Shown here one piece after another: positions 20,073 through 30,683 of a DNA stretch of 64,000 nt. The notes beneath the pieces are model-generated. The model had not been told where the DNA came from. It ran no database searches and was given only the letters and a program-made list of their open reading frames with translations. The stretch is from Candidatus Bathyarchaeota archaeon (lineage in GTDB: Archaea; Thermoproteota; Bathyarchaeia; Bathyarchaeales; Bathycorpusculaceae). The translations under genes were made by a program, and so were the position numbers. Position 1 is the stretch's first letter. Each line of letters starts with the position of its first letter. The stretch covers positions 64,001 to 128,000 of the forward strand of contig CAWGZR010000005.1 in assembly GCA_963827165.1 (NCBI GenBank), written 5' to 3'.

Positions 20073-21272
20073 ATGTATTTAACTAAGCAAGAACAGAAAA
20101 TGCTCGACGGCGCCGAAGGCTACTCGGTACGGAAAAGCATGGAGATTCTCGTTGCGTTGGGCGAAATTTACGGCGCAAAAAGCCTCATCAAAATTGGCAG
20201 CGTCCAAGTGTCAGGAGTCTCATACAACAACCTCGGCGACGCCGGACTGGAATTTCTTGACGAATTGGCAAAAGACGGCAAAGTCCGTGTGCTCACAACA
20301 CTCAACCCGGCGGGGATGGATTTGGAAAACTGGCGCAACCTGGGCATTAGCCCAGAATTTGCTGAAAAACAAAACCTTATCATAAAAGCCTTCGAGAAAA
20401 TGGGGATACTCGTCAGCTGCACCTGCACACCCTACCTCATCGGCAACCTGCCTCTTTTCGGCGAACACATTGCCTGGTCTGAAAGCTCAGCCGTCACGTT
20501 CGCCAACTCCGTAATCGGAGCGAAAACGAACAAAGAAGGCGGACCATCTGCGTTGGCTGCGGCATTCGTCGGCAAAACACCGTGCTATGGGCTACATATG
20601 GATGAGAACCGCGTTCCCGACGTCCACGTAGAGGTCAAAGCGGAATTTACGAAGCTTTCAGACTGGGGCGCACTAGGTTACGCGGTCGGTAAGATGGCAG
20701 AAAACAAAATTCCCTATATCACAGGCATAAAAACCGCGGATCTTGACGAGCTTAAATCTTTCTGCGCCTCCGTTGTGACTTATGGCGCTAAGCCCATGTT
20801 TTACATCAAAGGCATAACGCCCGCGTCAGAACAACAAACGATTCCAAACTCGAAGGTGACAATCGAGCAAACTGACATCAAAAACGCTTACGACAACATC
20901 AATGATCAGGTAAGCGACATCGAACTCGTCTGCGTCGGCTGTCCACATTGCTCAATTAACGAAATTGCCAAAGTCGCAGAGTTGGTCGAATGCAAGAAGG
21001 TTGCTGGGGGCACTGAGTTTTGGGTTGCAACTTCCCGAACGGCAAAGCAGCTCGCAGACAAGCGCGGCTACACCCAAATCATAGAGGCGGCGGGTGGCAA
21101 ATTCGCATGCGACACATGCATGGCTGTAGCTCCTCTCAAAGGCAGGTTCAAATCGCTGGCGACAACGTCAGCAAAGGGATGCTTTTACTCGAGACAGAAC
21201 CTCATGAAAACCAAGATGGGGAGCATAGAAGAATGCGTTCAGGCGGCGGTGACCGGGAAATGGAGCAGTTGA
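20073..21272 (+). CDS. Aconitase X catalytic subunit, likely phosphomevalonate dehydratase large subunit
   Basis: SGVSY, CTCTPY, WSESSAV, GCPH, DTC, SAK. Confidence 0.88.
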   Translation: MYLTKQEQKMLDGAEGYSVRKSMEILVALGEIYGAKSLIKIGSVQVSGVSYNNLGDAGLEFLDELAKDGKVRVLTTLNPAGMDLENWRNLGISPEFAEKQNLIIKAFEKMGILVSCTCTPYLIGNLPLFGEHIAWSESSAVTFANSVIGAKTNKEGGPSALAAAFVGKTPCYGLHMDENRVPDVHVEVKAEFTKLSDWGALGYAVGKMAENKIPYITGIKTADLDELKSFCASVVTYGAKPMFYIKGITPASEQQTIPNSKVTIEQTDIKNAYDNINDQVSDIELVCVGCPHCSINEIAKVAELVECKKVAGGTEFWVATSRTAKQLADKRGYTQIIEAAGGKFACDTCMAVAPLKGRFKSLATTSAKGCFYSRQNLMKTKMGSIEECVQAAVTGKWSS

Positions 21273-21667
21273 AGGGCAGAATAATCTACAAAGGCAAAGC
21301 CGAAGGCGAAGCACTCGTCTCTAGTCAGCCTATCTCTTTCTACGGCGGCGTCGACCCAACAACGGGAGTCGTAATCGAGAAAGGGCATGAGCTGCAGGGT
21401 CAAAGCGTCAAAGGCAAAATGTTGGTGTTCCCAACAGGCAAAGGCTCAACGGTCGGCTCCTACACGCTGTATCGCATGAAGAAGAACGGCACGGCACCAG
21501 CGGGCATTATAAATAGGGAATGCGAAACTGTGGTTGCAGTCGGCGTCATAATTAGCGAAATCCCATGCGTAGACAAAATTGAAATCTCAAAAATCAAAAC
21601 GGGCGAAAAAATCCAAATTGAAAACGACTGCATAAGCGCATTGCAAACGGTTAACCCTGTTTCTTAG
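21260..21667 (+). CDS. Aconitase X swivel subunit (DUF126), phosphomevalonate dehydratase small subunit
   Basis: ISFYGGVDP, GKGSTVGSY; ATG at 21260 overlaps the large-subunit end. Confidence 0.88.
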   Translation: MEQLKGRIIYKGKAEGEALVSSQPISFYGGVDPTTGVVIEKGHELQGQSVKGKMLVFPTGKGSTVGSYTLYRMKKNGTAPAGIINRECETVVAVGVIISEIPCVDKIEISKIKTGEKIQIENDCISALQTVNPVS

Positions 21668-21724
21668 GCTTAACAAATTTCTTCAGACATTTTCAAAATA
21701 GTATCGGTCGAACCCAGACAGTCT

Positions 21725-22396
21725 TTAGAGAGACATATCGTTTTTTATCCGGCTTAGATGGGTTACGAAGAATGCGGATATTACGCCTATCCAGAGAAGA
21801 ATGGAACCAAGGAAAAGCCGTTCGGTGATCCCGCCAATTCTGGAGTTTAGATGAGGCAGTAGGAAAGGCAACCCAAACTCAATCGCCCAAAGAACCACTA
21901 CAATCATCGCCAGCTGTTGCGCGATACGTTCTAATCCGTTAAACTTTTGGTTTTGCCCCAGTTTCTGCGAGATGGCAACTGTTCCGAAGGCTCCACCGAT
22001 GAAGGCGATAATTGCGACGACAAGATGAATCGTGCCATGCCACGATACGGGCGTTGCTGGGACATCAGTTGGGAATGCCGCCAAAAGTAGTGCTCCAACA
22101 GCCCATATGCCAAGCAGGTATGTTCCTGTTCGAAATTGATTCCGTGCAACCCCATGGTAATCGAGTGTTTTGAGGAAAGCAAAAATGAACAAGAGTGAGA
22201 GCACTCCGCGGTTGAGGAAGTTTATGGTCATTATGAAGCCGAATTCCCCTACTGCAAGGTCGCTTTCTTCTTGGCTGATTGGGCTGTAATGCGGTGGCAA
22301 TAGCTGAACCACCACATCAAGAACCACGTACAGAATTACTTGAACCGTCGAAGGAAAGGGAGTTAAACTTATCGCTTGGCCACCTGCGTCAACCAA
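21725..22396 (-). CDS. DUF998-family membrane protein
   Basis: SDLAVG, FPTD, H..H, GITERL; 5-6 TM helices; start uncertain. Confidence 0.75.
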   Translation of the reverse strand: MVDAGGQAISLTPFPSTVQVILYVVLDVVVQLLPPHYSPISQEESDLAVGEFGFIMTINFLNRGVLSLLFIFAFLKTLDYHGVARNQFRTGTYLLGIWAVGALLLAAFPTDVPATPVSWHGTIHLVVAIIAFIGGAFGTVAISQKLGQNQKFNGLERIAQQLAMIVVVLWAIEFGLPFLLPHLNSRIGGITERLFLGSILLWIGVISAFFVTHLSRIKNDMSL

Positions 22397-22452
22397 CAGT
22401 TACCTTTTTCTCAGGGCTCAAAGTTGTCCAAAGAATAAGCTTTCCGAGTTTT

Positions 22453-22878
22453 TTAGTCGATAGGTTTGTTCCATCCGCCGTTGCTGAATCTTCCAAGGCA
22501 GCCAAAAGGAAACGCGAGCAGCAGGTCGATTATTGCGATGACCGGCAGAAACACTATGTTGAAAGTGACCTGCAATACGAGGTTGAGAGCGGAAAACGCC
22601 AAGACCAGAAGCAGCCCGTTGAGCCAGATACCCACTTGCCAACCTTTAGTTTTGTGCAGGCTGTTGATTAACGCAATGTTCACCGCGCCAAGGACCAGCG
22701 GCTGAGCAAAATAACTGATGGCAAGGAAGAATGCGAAGCCCAGAGGCGGCATGTAGCTTAAGAAGCCGGTTTGCGAGCCAACTAGCCAAGCCTGAAACAC
22801 GATCAGAATTACGACTGTCACCAAACCTTGAACGAGAAGTTTCTCCCACAAACGCATGTTCTTGAAGCGGTCAAACAT
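22453..22878 (-). CDS. Hypothetical membrane protein
   Basis: About four hydrophobic segments; follows the GH gene in the same orientation. Confidence 0.7.
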   Translation of the reverse strand: MFDRFKNMRLWEKLLVQGLVTVVILIVFQAWLVGSQTGFLSYMPPLGFAFFLAISYFAQPLVLGAVNIALINSLHKTKGWQVGIWLNGLLLVLAFSALNLVLQVTFNIVFLPVIAIIDLLLAFPFGCLGRFSNGGWNKPID

Positions 22879-22885
22879 TTTGCTT

Positions 22886-23806
22886 TCACTTCGCATTTTC
22901 TGCAATCCAATTAGCTACAGCTGTTTCTGTTGGGGTTCCCCGAATCCCGTAGTTATCGTAGGCGCTGTTCCAGTACACGATCCAGCATCCTTTAAGCCCC
23001 ATGCTTTTGAAAAGGTTCAAGCCGCTGATGATATAGTTGGTTTGGGCGGCGCTGTCACTTGTCGACATGCCAAACTCAGTTATCACCACGTTCTTATGGG
23101 TGATTTGCTGCAGGTTTTGGATGAAAAGCGGAGAGAGCACTAGGAATGAATTCATGTAGACGTCTAAGCCCACGAAATTGAGTTTTTGGCTGAATTCGAC
23201 CGGAAGGTTACTTCTTACCACGTAGCCGATTCCGAAGTTCGTGTAAAGCTTTGCTGATAAGTGATGGGCTTCGACTGCCGCGTAGACGCTGTCGAAGTGG
23301 GATATGATTTCGTCATCGGTGAAGAGGGCGCCTGCGGTCCAGCTTGATGAGGTTTCAGGTTCATTCATGATTTGGATGTATGTCAGGTTGCCGCCCCATC
23401 GGTTGAGGTATAAGTTTACGTTTGCAATGGATTCATCGTTTGGAATTACAACAGCCACTGCCAATCCATAATAATTCGTGGCTTGGAAGAGCATATCTGT
23501 TTTCTGGTCGTTATTATCGTCGAAGTATGGCGGGAAGTTGACACGTATAACTTTGAAGCCGACATTGTGGATCTGCGCGACTTGCCCGTAGACGTCACCT
23601 AGGTTGTCCTGTTCGTAAACATAGTGTATACCAACTTGAAAAGAAGAGTTCGAGTTACCGTTGGCAGACACATAATAGTCGTAAGGGTAGAAAAGCATAA
23701 CGAAAACGAACATAACACATAGCGTAATGACAATTAGGTTTTTGACCAAGCTTTTGTTCGTGAACCTGACTAAACCTTGGACAAGGTTCGAAGCAGGCTT
23801 CCCCAT
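22886..23806 (-). CDS. Membrane-anchored glycoside hydrolase, clan GH-A-like TIM barrel
   Basis: N-terminal TM; GFKVIR, acid/base IMNEP, nucleophile ITEFG. Confidence 0.75.
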   Translation of the reverse strand: MGKPASNLVQGLVRFTNKSLVKNLIVITLCVMFVFVMLFYPYDYYVSANGNSNSSFQVGIHYVYEQDNLGDVYGQVAQIHNVGFKVIRVNFPPYFDDNNDQKTDMLFQATNYYGLAVAVVIPNDESIANVNLYLNRWGGNLTYIQIMNEPETSSSWTAGALFTDDEIISHFDSVYAAVEAHHLSAKLYTNFGIGYVVRSNLPVEFSQKLNFVGLDVYMNSFLVLSPLFIQNLQQITHKNVVITEFGMSTSDSAAQTNYIISGLNLFKSMGLKGCWIVYWNSAYDNYGIRGTPTETAVANWIAENAK

Positions 23807-23942
23807 AGCCTATGTTGTCTACGAATCGCCTTTTAAGTTTTAATGAAACAAAACCAAAAAAACAGCCTGGAAGCATTGATCAGCAGTGTTTCCTGCAAAA
23901 GTAATTTATATTTTAAGAGCCTATAGCGCATGCAGGGTTAGC

Positions 23943-25478
23943 ATGAAACGCCTCGCCTGCATCCTCTTAATCTTGACGATTTCGATCAGCGGGCTACTTG
24001 TCCAAAACGCTCATTCACAATATCAGCCCACTGGAAGCGTAACCATAAATTCCAACACTGAATGGACCGTTGCGCAGAGCCCAATTAATTTTAACGCGAC
24101 AGTAACAGTAAACAGCAACGCGACTTTAACAATTGACCCAGGAGTTACGGTCAACTTGGGAATGAACTATTTGTTCATTAATGGAGCGTTAACTGCCCAA
24201 GGCCAAGCAAACAATCGGATCATTTTCGAATCGAACGCAAATCAAACTTCACAAATCACCCCAAGTGAACCGATATATTTTAGCCAAGGAAGCACACCAT
24301 GGAATAGCGAAAACAACTCGGGGTCAATCATCCAAAACGCCGTTTTAAACTCGGTAAGCGTTAACATCGAGGGCGCATCGCCAGAAATAGACAGCTGTGT
24401 TTTCAATTATGTCACCCCATTTGAGCCGCCCATCAGCGTTAGCAGCGGTTCACCTCAAATCTCAAACAACATCATAAATTACAATGTTCAAAGTTCCGGC
24501 TTCATTCTCACTTTCATAAGCGTCTTCGGCGGAACACCCTTGATAACCAACAACCAGTTTGAGGGAGCCTTCTCCGGCCAAACCAACATCGGCATACAAG
24601 TTACTTCAGGAGCCCCGGTTATAAGTGGCAACACTTTCGCCGCTCAGTACGGCAACAATAGCAACGGAATAAAAGTAACTTCGGGAACTCCTCAAATATC
24701 AAGCAACCAATTCAACGGCGAGGGATGGCTAACAGGAATCGATGACTCCTCCACCGCCCCCTTCACCGTTTCAAACAACGTGTTTTCGAACTGCTTAGCT
24801 GGAATCAATGTTAAATCAGCGGGTGGGCTAAGTGTTCAGGGCAACACGTTCTCGAAAGGAACCGACGGCTTAGATATTTTCACTGGAGCATCTGTGACAA
24901 TCACCAACAACCTGATCGACGGCAACTCTCGCTATGGAATCAACGGAGGTGGAACCATAACTTCCAACACAATTACCAACAACCAAATCGGAATCCACAA
25001 CCCTCAGGCGGGCATAATTAGCGACAACAACATTGTTGGTAACACACAAAACAGTATAACCGCCGCGGCAGTAAGTATTGATGCACAGAACAATTGGTGG
25101 GGAATTTCCGACCCAGCAACTATCAACCAGACAATCTACGACTCAAAAGATGATTACCACCTTGGTACAATACGATTTGCCCCCTTCTTGACTCAGCCCA
25201 GCACTTCAGCGCCACCTATCCCCAACTATACACCGACCGTTACGCCTGATCCACAAGCAACCCAAACCCCAACACAACCCCCGACTCAGCCACCCCCAGA
25301 ACCACCCACGCCTTCGCCGATTCAATACTCTCAAACATTCGCTTATCAAGTTGGCAACCTAATAAATCTGAATCTAATAGTCACCGCGATTGCGATTGGA
25401 CTTGCTATTGTATGGGTAACTGTTATTTTGGGGTATGCCGCTAGAAGAGGCATTTCGAAATTAAAGGCTAAGAAATGA
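23943..25478 (+). CDS. Secreted right-handed beta-helix (pectin-lyase-like) protein with PT linker and C-terminal anchor
   Basis: Signal peptide; repeated P-x-I-x-N-N, NNIxGN, DAQNNWWG; PTQP-rich linker; C-terminal TM. Confidence 0.85.
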   Translation: MKRLACILLILTISISGLLVQNAHSQYQPTGSVTINSNTEWTVAQSPINFNATVTVNSNATLTIDPGVTVNLGMNYLFINGALTAQGQANNRIIFESNANQTSQITPSEPIYFSQGSTPWNSENNSGSIIQNAVLNSVSVNIEGASPEIDSCVFNYVTPFEPPISVSSGSPQISNNIINYNVQSSGFILTFISVFGGTPLITNNQFEGAFSGQTNIGIQVTSGAPVISGNTFAAQYGNNSNGIKVTSGTPQISSNQFNGEGWLTGIDDSSTAPFTVSNNVFSNCLAGINVKSAGGLSVQGNTFSKGTDGLDIFTGASVTITNNLIDGNSRYGINGGGTITSNTITNNQIGIHNPQAGIISDNNIVGNTQNSITAAAVSIDAQNNWWGISDPATINQTIYDSKDDYHLGTIRFAPFLTQPSTSAPPIPNYTPTVTPDPQATQTPTQPPTQPPPEPPTPSPIQYSQTFAYQVGNLINLNLIVTAIAIGLAIVWVTVILGYAARRGISKLKAKK

Positions 25479-25620
25479 ATCTTTAAGTTTTTCTGCCGAG
25501 TGGAACAGCCAAAATTTGAGATAGCAGTTTTTTTCGCCTTTAAAAAATTGTTGTCTTTTTTTGTTCTCGGTAATCCTTTTCAATGAGTGATTTGATATTT
25601 CATGTAAAGGTTGATGAAAA

Positions 25621-26421
25621 TTGAACGACACGAAACCAGTAATCCTAAAAATCGGCGGATCAGCCATCACCGATAAGACAGGAGAATTAGCCGCTAAAAC
25701 AGAAATCATAAACCGCTTAGCTGAGGAAATCAAGCGGGCAGATCTTGACAACCTGATAATTGTTCACGGCGGCGGAAGTTTCGGACACCCAACGGCGGCG
25801 AAGTACGGCATAAAAGATGGGTACAAAGAGGACCCAACTCAAAAACTTGGTTTCGCTGAAACACATCATGTAATGACGGTTTTAAACGGGCTGGTTATGG
25901 ATGCACTTATTTGGCATGAAATTCCAGCGATAAGCATCGCGCCATCATCTTGCTTCATAAGTGAAAACGGGAAAATCAAGTTCTTTGACGATTCAGTGCT
26001 TCAGGCAATGGCTAAAATGACGTTTACACCAGTTATGTACGGGGATGCAGTGTTGGATGAAAAACTGGGTTTCACAGTTATTTCAGGCGACCAGTTGGTT
26101 GCTTACTTGGCAATCAAATATAAGGCTCAAAAAATTGTCATAGGCGCCGACACCGACGGCTTGTTTGACGCTGACCCGAAGACTAACCCTGATGCAAAGC
26201 CGTATAAGCATTTGACGTTGGCTGAGCTTAAGCAGATTCAACCTAAACTAGGCAAGTCAGCGGGCACAGACGTTACAGGCGGAATGGCGGGCAAAATAGC
26301 CGAGCTTATACCGGCTATTGAGCAGGGTGTTCATGTCACGGTTACGGGAGCTACGAAGGGATTATCTATTTACAGAGCCCTAACAGACCAAAGTGTTTTA
26401 GGCACCGAAATCGAGAAGTAA
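25621..26421 (+). CDS. ipk: Isopentenyl phosphate kinase
   Basis: LKIGGSAITDK, HGGGSFGH, SGD, DVTGGMAGK. Confidence 0.93.
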   Translation: MNDTKPVILKIGGSAITDKTGELAAKTEIINRLAEEIKRADLDNLIIVHGGGSFGHPTAAKYGIKDGYKEDPTQKLGFAETHHVMTVLNGLVMDALIWHEIPAISIAPSSCFISENGKIKFFDDSVLQAMAKMTFTPVMYGDAVLDEKLGFTVISGDQLVAYLAIKYKAQKIVIGADTDGLFDADPKTNPDAKPYKHLTLAELKQIQPKLGKSAGTDVTGGMAGKIAELIPAIEQGVHVTVTGATKGLSIYRALTDQSVLGTEIEK

Positions 26422-26425
26422 CGTT

Positions 26426-27526
26426 ATGGTTGAAGAAACGGAGAATCGCAAGGCAGATCATATAAGGATTTGCCTAGAACAAAAAGCGCAAGCCAAGAAA
26501 GCCACCTCAGGTTTCGAAGACATCCAACTAATCCACCGAGCCCTTCCGGAGCTTGACCGGGAAAAAATAAGTTTATCAACATTATTTTTCGACAAAAAAC
26601 TTTCAGCTCCGATAATCGTCGGAGCGATGACTGGTGGAACGCGGGAAGCCATAAAAATTAACGATTCAATCGCGCAAACAGTCGAAAAGCTCCATCTAGG
26701 CATGGGAGTTGGAAGCCAAAGAGCAGCTATCGAAAACAAGAAGCTCGAAGGCACATACGCGATAGCACGCAAAAAAGCGCCGACAGCCTTCTTGATCGCA
26801 AATATCGGAGGAGTTCAACTCGCGCACGGATACGGCTTAAAGGAAGCGAAGAAAGCTGTAGAAATGATAGAGGCGGATGCATTGGCAATTCATATGAACC
26901 CGTTGCAGGAAGCGATTCAACCCGAAGGACAAACTAATTTCAAAGATGTCCTCTCAAAAATCGGTGAAATTGCTGCTGGTCTAAATGTACCCGTCATCGT
27001 TAAGGAGACGGGCTGCGGAATTTCTGCGGAAGACGCAAAAGCGTTGGAGGCGGCGGGCGTGAAAGCCATCGACGTTGGTGGAGTCGGTGGGACAAGTTTC
27101 GCAGCAGTTGAATATTACCGTTCGGCTAATGGAAAAACGATGGATAAAGATTTCTGGGACTGGGGAATCCCCACGGCAATAAGCCTGATTGAAACAACTC
27201 AAACCGTAAAGATTCCAGTAATAGCTTCAGGCGGAGTTCGAAACGGCTTAGACATAGCAAAGTCAATCGCGTTAAATGCAAGTTTAGCCAGTTTATCCCA
27301 ACCGGTGCTTGAAGCCGCCACAAAAGGAATCAAAGAAACTGAAGAAGTGCTATCATGCTTGATCGATGAACTGCGTAACGTTATGTTTCTGGTCGGCGCC
27401 AAAAACCTTGAGTCTCTCGCAAAGGTGCCAGTGGTGGTAACGGGAAAGACAACAGAGTGGCTGAACATTCGAGATTTCGATACGACAAATTACGCGCAGA
27501 GGAGACCCGCACCTTTTGAATATTGA
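26426..27526 (+). CDS. fni: Type 2 isopentenyl-diphosphate isomerase
   Basis: RKADH, MTGG, GVGSQR, NPLQEAIQPEG, KETGCG, WGIPT, SGG. Confidence 0.95.
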   Translation: MVEETENRKADHIRICLEQKAQAKKATSGFEDIQLIHRALPELDREKISLSTLFFDKKLSAPIIVGAMTGGTREAIKINDSIAQTVEKLHLGMGVGSQRAAIENKKLEGTYAIARKKAPTAFLIANIGGVQLAHGYGLKEAKKAVEMIEADALAIHMNPLQEAIQPEGQTNFKDVLSKIGEIAAGLNVPVIVKETGCGISAEDAKALEAAGVKAIDVGGVGGTSFAAVEYYRSANGKTMDKDFWDWGIPTAISLIETTQTVKIPVIASGGVRNGLDIAKSIALNASLASLSQPVLEAATKGIKETEEVLSCLIDELRNVMFLVGAKNLESLAKVPVVVTGKTTEWLNIRDFDTTNYAQRRPAPFEY

Positions 27527-28586
27527 AAAGTTTCTTGAAGAAAAGGCACCCTTAATCGACAAAGCCATCGAAAAATACATCCCTAGAAAATTCACGAAAG
27601 ATTCGGTTCTTTTTAAAGTTGACCAACCAATGTACAGCTACAACATAGAACCTCTTAACAAGGCAATTGCGGAACCGATTTGGGATATGCTGGATCGGGG
27701 CGGAAAAAGGTGGCGTCCAGCGCTTTTTTTGCTGATATGTGAGGCACTTGGTGATAACTCAGATTTCTGCTTGGACTTTTCGATTATTCCAGAAGTCATC
27801 CATAACGGAACATTGGTGATTGATGACATCGAGGACGCATCGGAACTTAGAAGGGGTAAACCATGCACCTACAAAATCTTCCAAATGGACATTGCGGTTA
27901 ATGCTGGAAACGCCATGTACTATCTTCCTCTTCTGCCGCTGATGATGCAGAGAACAAAAATTGCACCCGAGAAGCAGCGGGATGTCTACGAAGTTTATGT
28001 TCAAGAAATGATTAACCTCAGTCTGGGACAAGCCATGGATATCGCCTGGCACAGAGGAATAGCCAACGCTGACCAGTTGCGCGAAGAAGATTACCTGCAA
28101 ATGTGCGCTTACAAAACAGGCACCCTTGCACGGATGGCGGCGAAAATGGCCGCAGTGCTCGCAGGCGCAGATAAGCCCCTGGTTGATAAGCTTGGACGAC
28201 TAGCGGAAAGCATTGGGGTTGCCTTTCAAATGCAGGATGACATTTTGGATTTGACTGGCGTTGATTTTGCGAAAAATAAGGGCGGTGTTGGGCAAGACAT
28301 CACAGAGGGCAAACGGAGCTTGATGGTTATATTCACGCTTGAAAAGGCAAATAGCGCCGACAGGAAGCGTCTTATAGAAATTCTCAACATGCATACTTCC
28401 GATCGGGCGCTACGTGACGAAGCCATCGCCTTGATGCAAAAGTACAAAGCCATAGAACACGTCAAACTTACTGCGGAACGAATGGTTGAGGAAAGCTGGG
28501 TTGAAACTGAGAAGCTGCTGCCGACACCTCAAGCTAAGGAAAAATTAAAAGCGTTCGCTGAATTCCTGATTAAAAGAAGCAAGTAG
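27516..28586 (+). CDS. Polyprenyl (geranylgeranyl) diphosphate synthase
   Basis: GGKRWRP, DDIEDASELRRG, GQAMD, KTG, FQMQDDILD. Confidence 0.93.
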   Translation: MNIEKFLEEKAPLIDKAIEKYIPRKFTKDSVLFKVDQPMYSYNIEPLNKAIAEPIWDMLDRGGKRWRPALFLLICEALGDNSDFCLDFSIIPEVIHNGTLVIDDIEDASELRRGKPCTYKIFQMDIAVNAGNAMYYLPLLPLMMQRTKIAPEKQRDVYEVYVQEMINLSLGQAMDIAWHRGIANADQLREEDYLQMCAYKTGTLARMAAKMAAVLAGADKPLVDKLGRLAESIGVAFQMQDDILDLTGVDFAKNKGGVGQDITEGKRSLMVIFTLEKANSADRKRLIEILNMHTSDRALRDEAIALMQKYKAIEHVKLTAERMVEESWVETEKLLPTPQAKEKLKAFAEFLIKRSK

Positions 28587-28589
28587 TTT

Positions 28590-30356
28590 GTGAGTGTAAT
28601 TGGTTTGGCAATAGAAAATGATATTGAACTTAGAGAGCTTATTCGGAAAGCTGCGTTGTTGAACGCTGTTTCTCATGATGGGAAAGCTCAAGCAGGAGCT
28701 TTAGTAGGCAAAATTCTTGGCGAAAGAGCGGACCTGCGGTCAAAAGTGAAGGAGCTTTCAGGTTTAATCAACATCGTTGTAAACGAAATCAACATCCTCC
28801 CCTTGGAGGAGCAGAAGGCTATTGTTGAGAAGAATTGGCCCGAAACTCAAAAGAAAGAGAAGCCGGAGGAAAAACATCTCAGCCCCCTGCCAAACGCCGA
28901 CAAGTACAAGCTGATAGTTACCCGTTTCTCTCCGAACCCCGACTGCGTACTTCATTTGGGTTCCGCCAGAGCTATCCTCCTAAGTCATGAATACGCCCGC
29001 ATCTACGGGGGTAAATTTATCCTGCGGTTCGAGGATACAGACCCGAAAGTGAAGAGGCCGTCGCTTATTTTTTATGACAGCATTAGGCAAGATTTGGCGT
29101 GGCTCGGCTGCAAAGTCGACGAGGAATATATCCAAAGCGATCGACTCCCCATCTACTACGAATTCACTGAGAAGCTGATTGGGGGCGGCAACGCCTACGT
29201 CTGCGAATGCCCCGCTGAAGAGTTCCGCAAAAAAACCTTGTTGAAACAACCCTGTCCATGCAGGATCGTACCCGCGAATGAGCAGCTGGAACGATGGAAA
29301 CGCATGCTAAGCGGCGGCTACACCGAGGGGCAAGCGGTGGTGCGGATTAAAACTGACATTGAGCATCCGAATCCAGCAGTCAGAGATTGGCCCGCCCTAA
29401 GGATCATTGATACAAAAAAGTATCCGCATCCGCGGGTCGGCAGCAAGTACATTGTTTGGCCGCTCTACAATTTGGCAGCGGGTTTAGACGACCACCTGAT
29501 GGGCATGACACACATCATTCGAGGTAAAGAACACTATACGAATATGGTTCGTCAAAAATATATGTACGAGTATCTGGGCTGGACTTATCCGGAAGCGATA
29601 CATTACGGCAGACTCAAAATCACAGGCGCTTTTCTAAGTAAATCCAAAATCATTCAAGGAGTTAAAGAAGGAATCTACACAGGTTTTGACGACCCCCGTC
29701 TAGGTACTTTCGCGGCTTTGAGAAAAAGAGGCATAACCTCGGAAGCCATCAAAAAAATGATGATTGACGTGGGAACAAAATCGAACGATGTGACCTTGAG
29801 TTGGGAGAACTTATACTCGTACAACCGCAAAATCCTTGACGCAACAAGCAATCGATACTTCTTCGTTCCTGCGCCTTTTGAGCTAAAAGTCTTGAATTTG
29901 CCGCGGAGTTTTCAGGCTAAGCTGCCTTTACATCCTGAGCATCCGGAACGCGGCTTCAGAGAATATACAGTGACTCCTGAAGGGGAAGGGCAAACCGCAG
30001 AGTTCTGGATTTCGACCAAGGATATCGAGGCGTTGGAGCCAGGCAAAGTTGTGAGGTTGATGGAGCTCTTCAACGTTAAAGTCGAAGCGAAGACTGCAGC
30101 TTTGGTGATGGCATCGTTTGCAAGCGAGTCATATGAAGACGTGAGGAAAATTAAGGCTCAGCTCATCCAATGGATTCCCAAAGACGCGGAGTTTCAGTGC
30201 CAAATCGTAATGCCTGATGCTTCAGTAACCGAAGGGTTTGCTGAAAGCGCCTGCAAAATGTTAAAGCCAGACGCAATCATACAGTTTGAGCGTTTCGGAT
30301 TCACCCGAATCGACCAAGTAAACCAGAAATTAATTGCGTATTACGCTCATAAATAG
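28590..30356 (+). CDS. gltX: Glutamyl-tRNA synthetase
   Basis: RFSPNP, HLGS (HIGH), LRFEDTD, LSKS (KMSKS), QFERFGF. Confidence 0.96.
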   Translation: MSVIGLAIENDIELRELIRKAALLNAVSHDGKAQAGALVGKILGERADLRSKVKELSGLINIVVNEINILPLEEQKAIVEKNWPETQKKEKPEEKHLSPLPNADKYKLIVTRFSPNPDCVLHLGSARAILLSHEYARIYGGKFILRFEDTDPKVKRPSLIFYDSIRQDLAWLGCKVDEEYIQSDRLPIYYEFTEKLIGGGNAYVCECPAEEFRKKTLLKQPCPCRIVPANEQLERWKRMLSGGYTEGQAVVRIKTDIEHPNPAVRDWPALRIIDTKKYPHPRVGSKYIVWPLYNLAAGLDDHLMGMTHIIRGKEHYTNMVRQKYMYEYLGWTYPEAIHYGRLKITGAFLSKSKIIQGVKEGIYTGFDDPRLGTFAALRKRGITSEAIKKMMIDVGTKSNDVTLSWENLYSYNRKILDATSNRYFFVPAPFELKVLNLPRSFQAKLPLHPEHPERGFREYTVTPEGEGQTAEFWISTKDIEALEPGKVVRLMELFNVKVEAKTAALVMASFASESYEDVRKIKAQLIQWIPKDAEFQCQIVMPDASVTEGFAESACKMLKPDAIIQFERFGFTRIDQVNQKLIAYYAHK

Positions 30357-30368
30357 AGATGAACTAAC

Positions 30369-30683
30369 ATGAAAAAACTCGATAAAGCAATAATTTGGCC
30401 AATCTACTTCGACGCCACCCGCACCAGAAAGGATGGGCGCCGTGTTCCCAAAAGTTTGGCGGTTCAGTCGCCGAAAATCGATGAGGTAAAGTTGGCTGTT
30501 GATCGGCTTGGCTTGAAGAATGAGATCAGACTCGAGGCGCATTTTCCTAAGAGGCCCTGGGTTAAGACGGGAATGTTGCTGGTTGAAAAGAAAGAGTCAA
30601 AAGAAAAGATAATGCAGAAAATCGCAAAGCAGCTTGTAAGAATAAAGAATGTTCAGGCAAACAACATGCCTAAGAAAGGTTAA
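30369..30683 (+). CDS. srp19: Signal recognition particle protein SRP19
   Basis: IWPIYFDATRTRKDGRRVPK. Confidence 0.93.
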   Translation: MKKLDKAIIWPIYFDATRTRKDGRRVPKSLAVQSPKIDEVKLAVDRLGLKNEIRLEAHFPKRPWVKTGMLLVEKKESKEKIMQKIAKQLVRIKNVQANNMPKKG

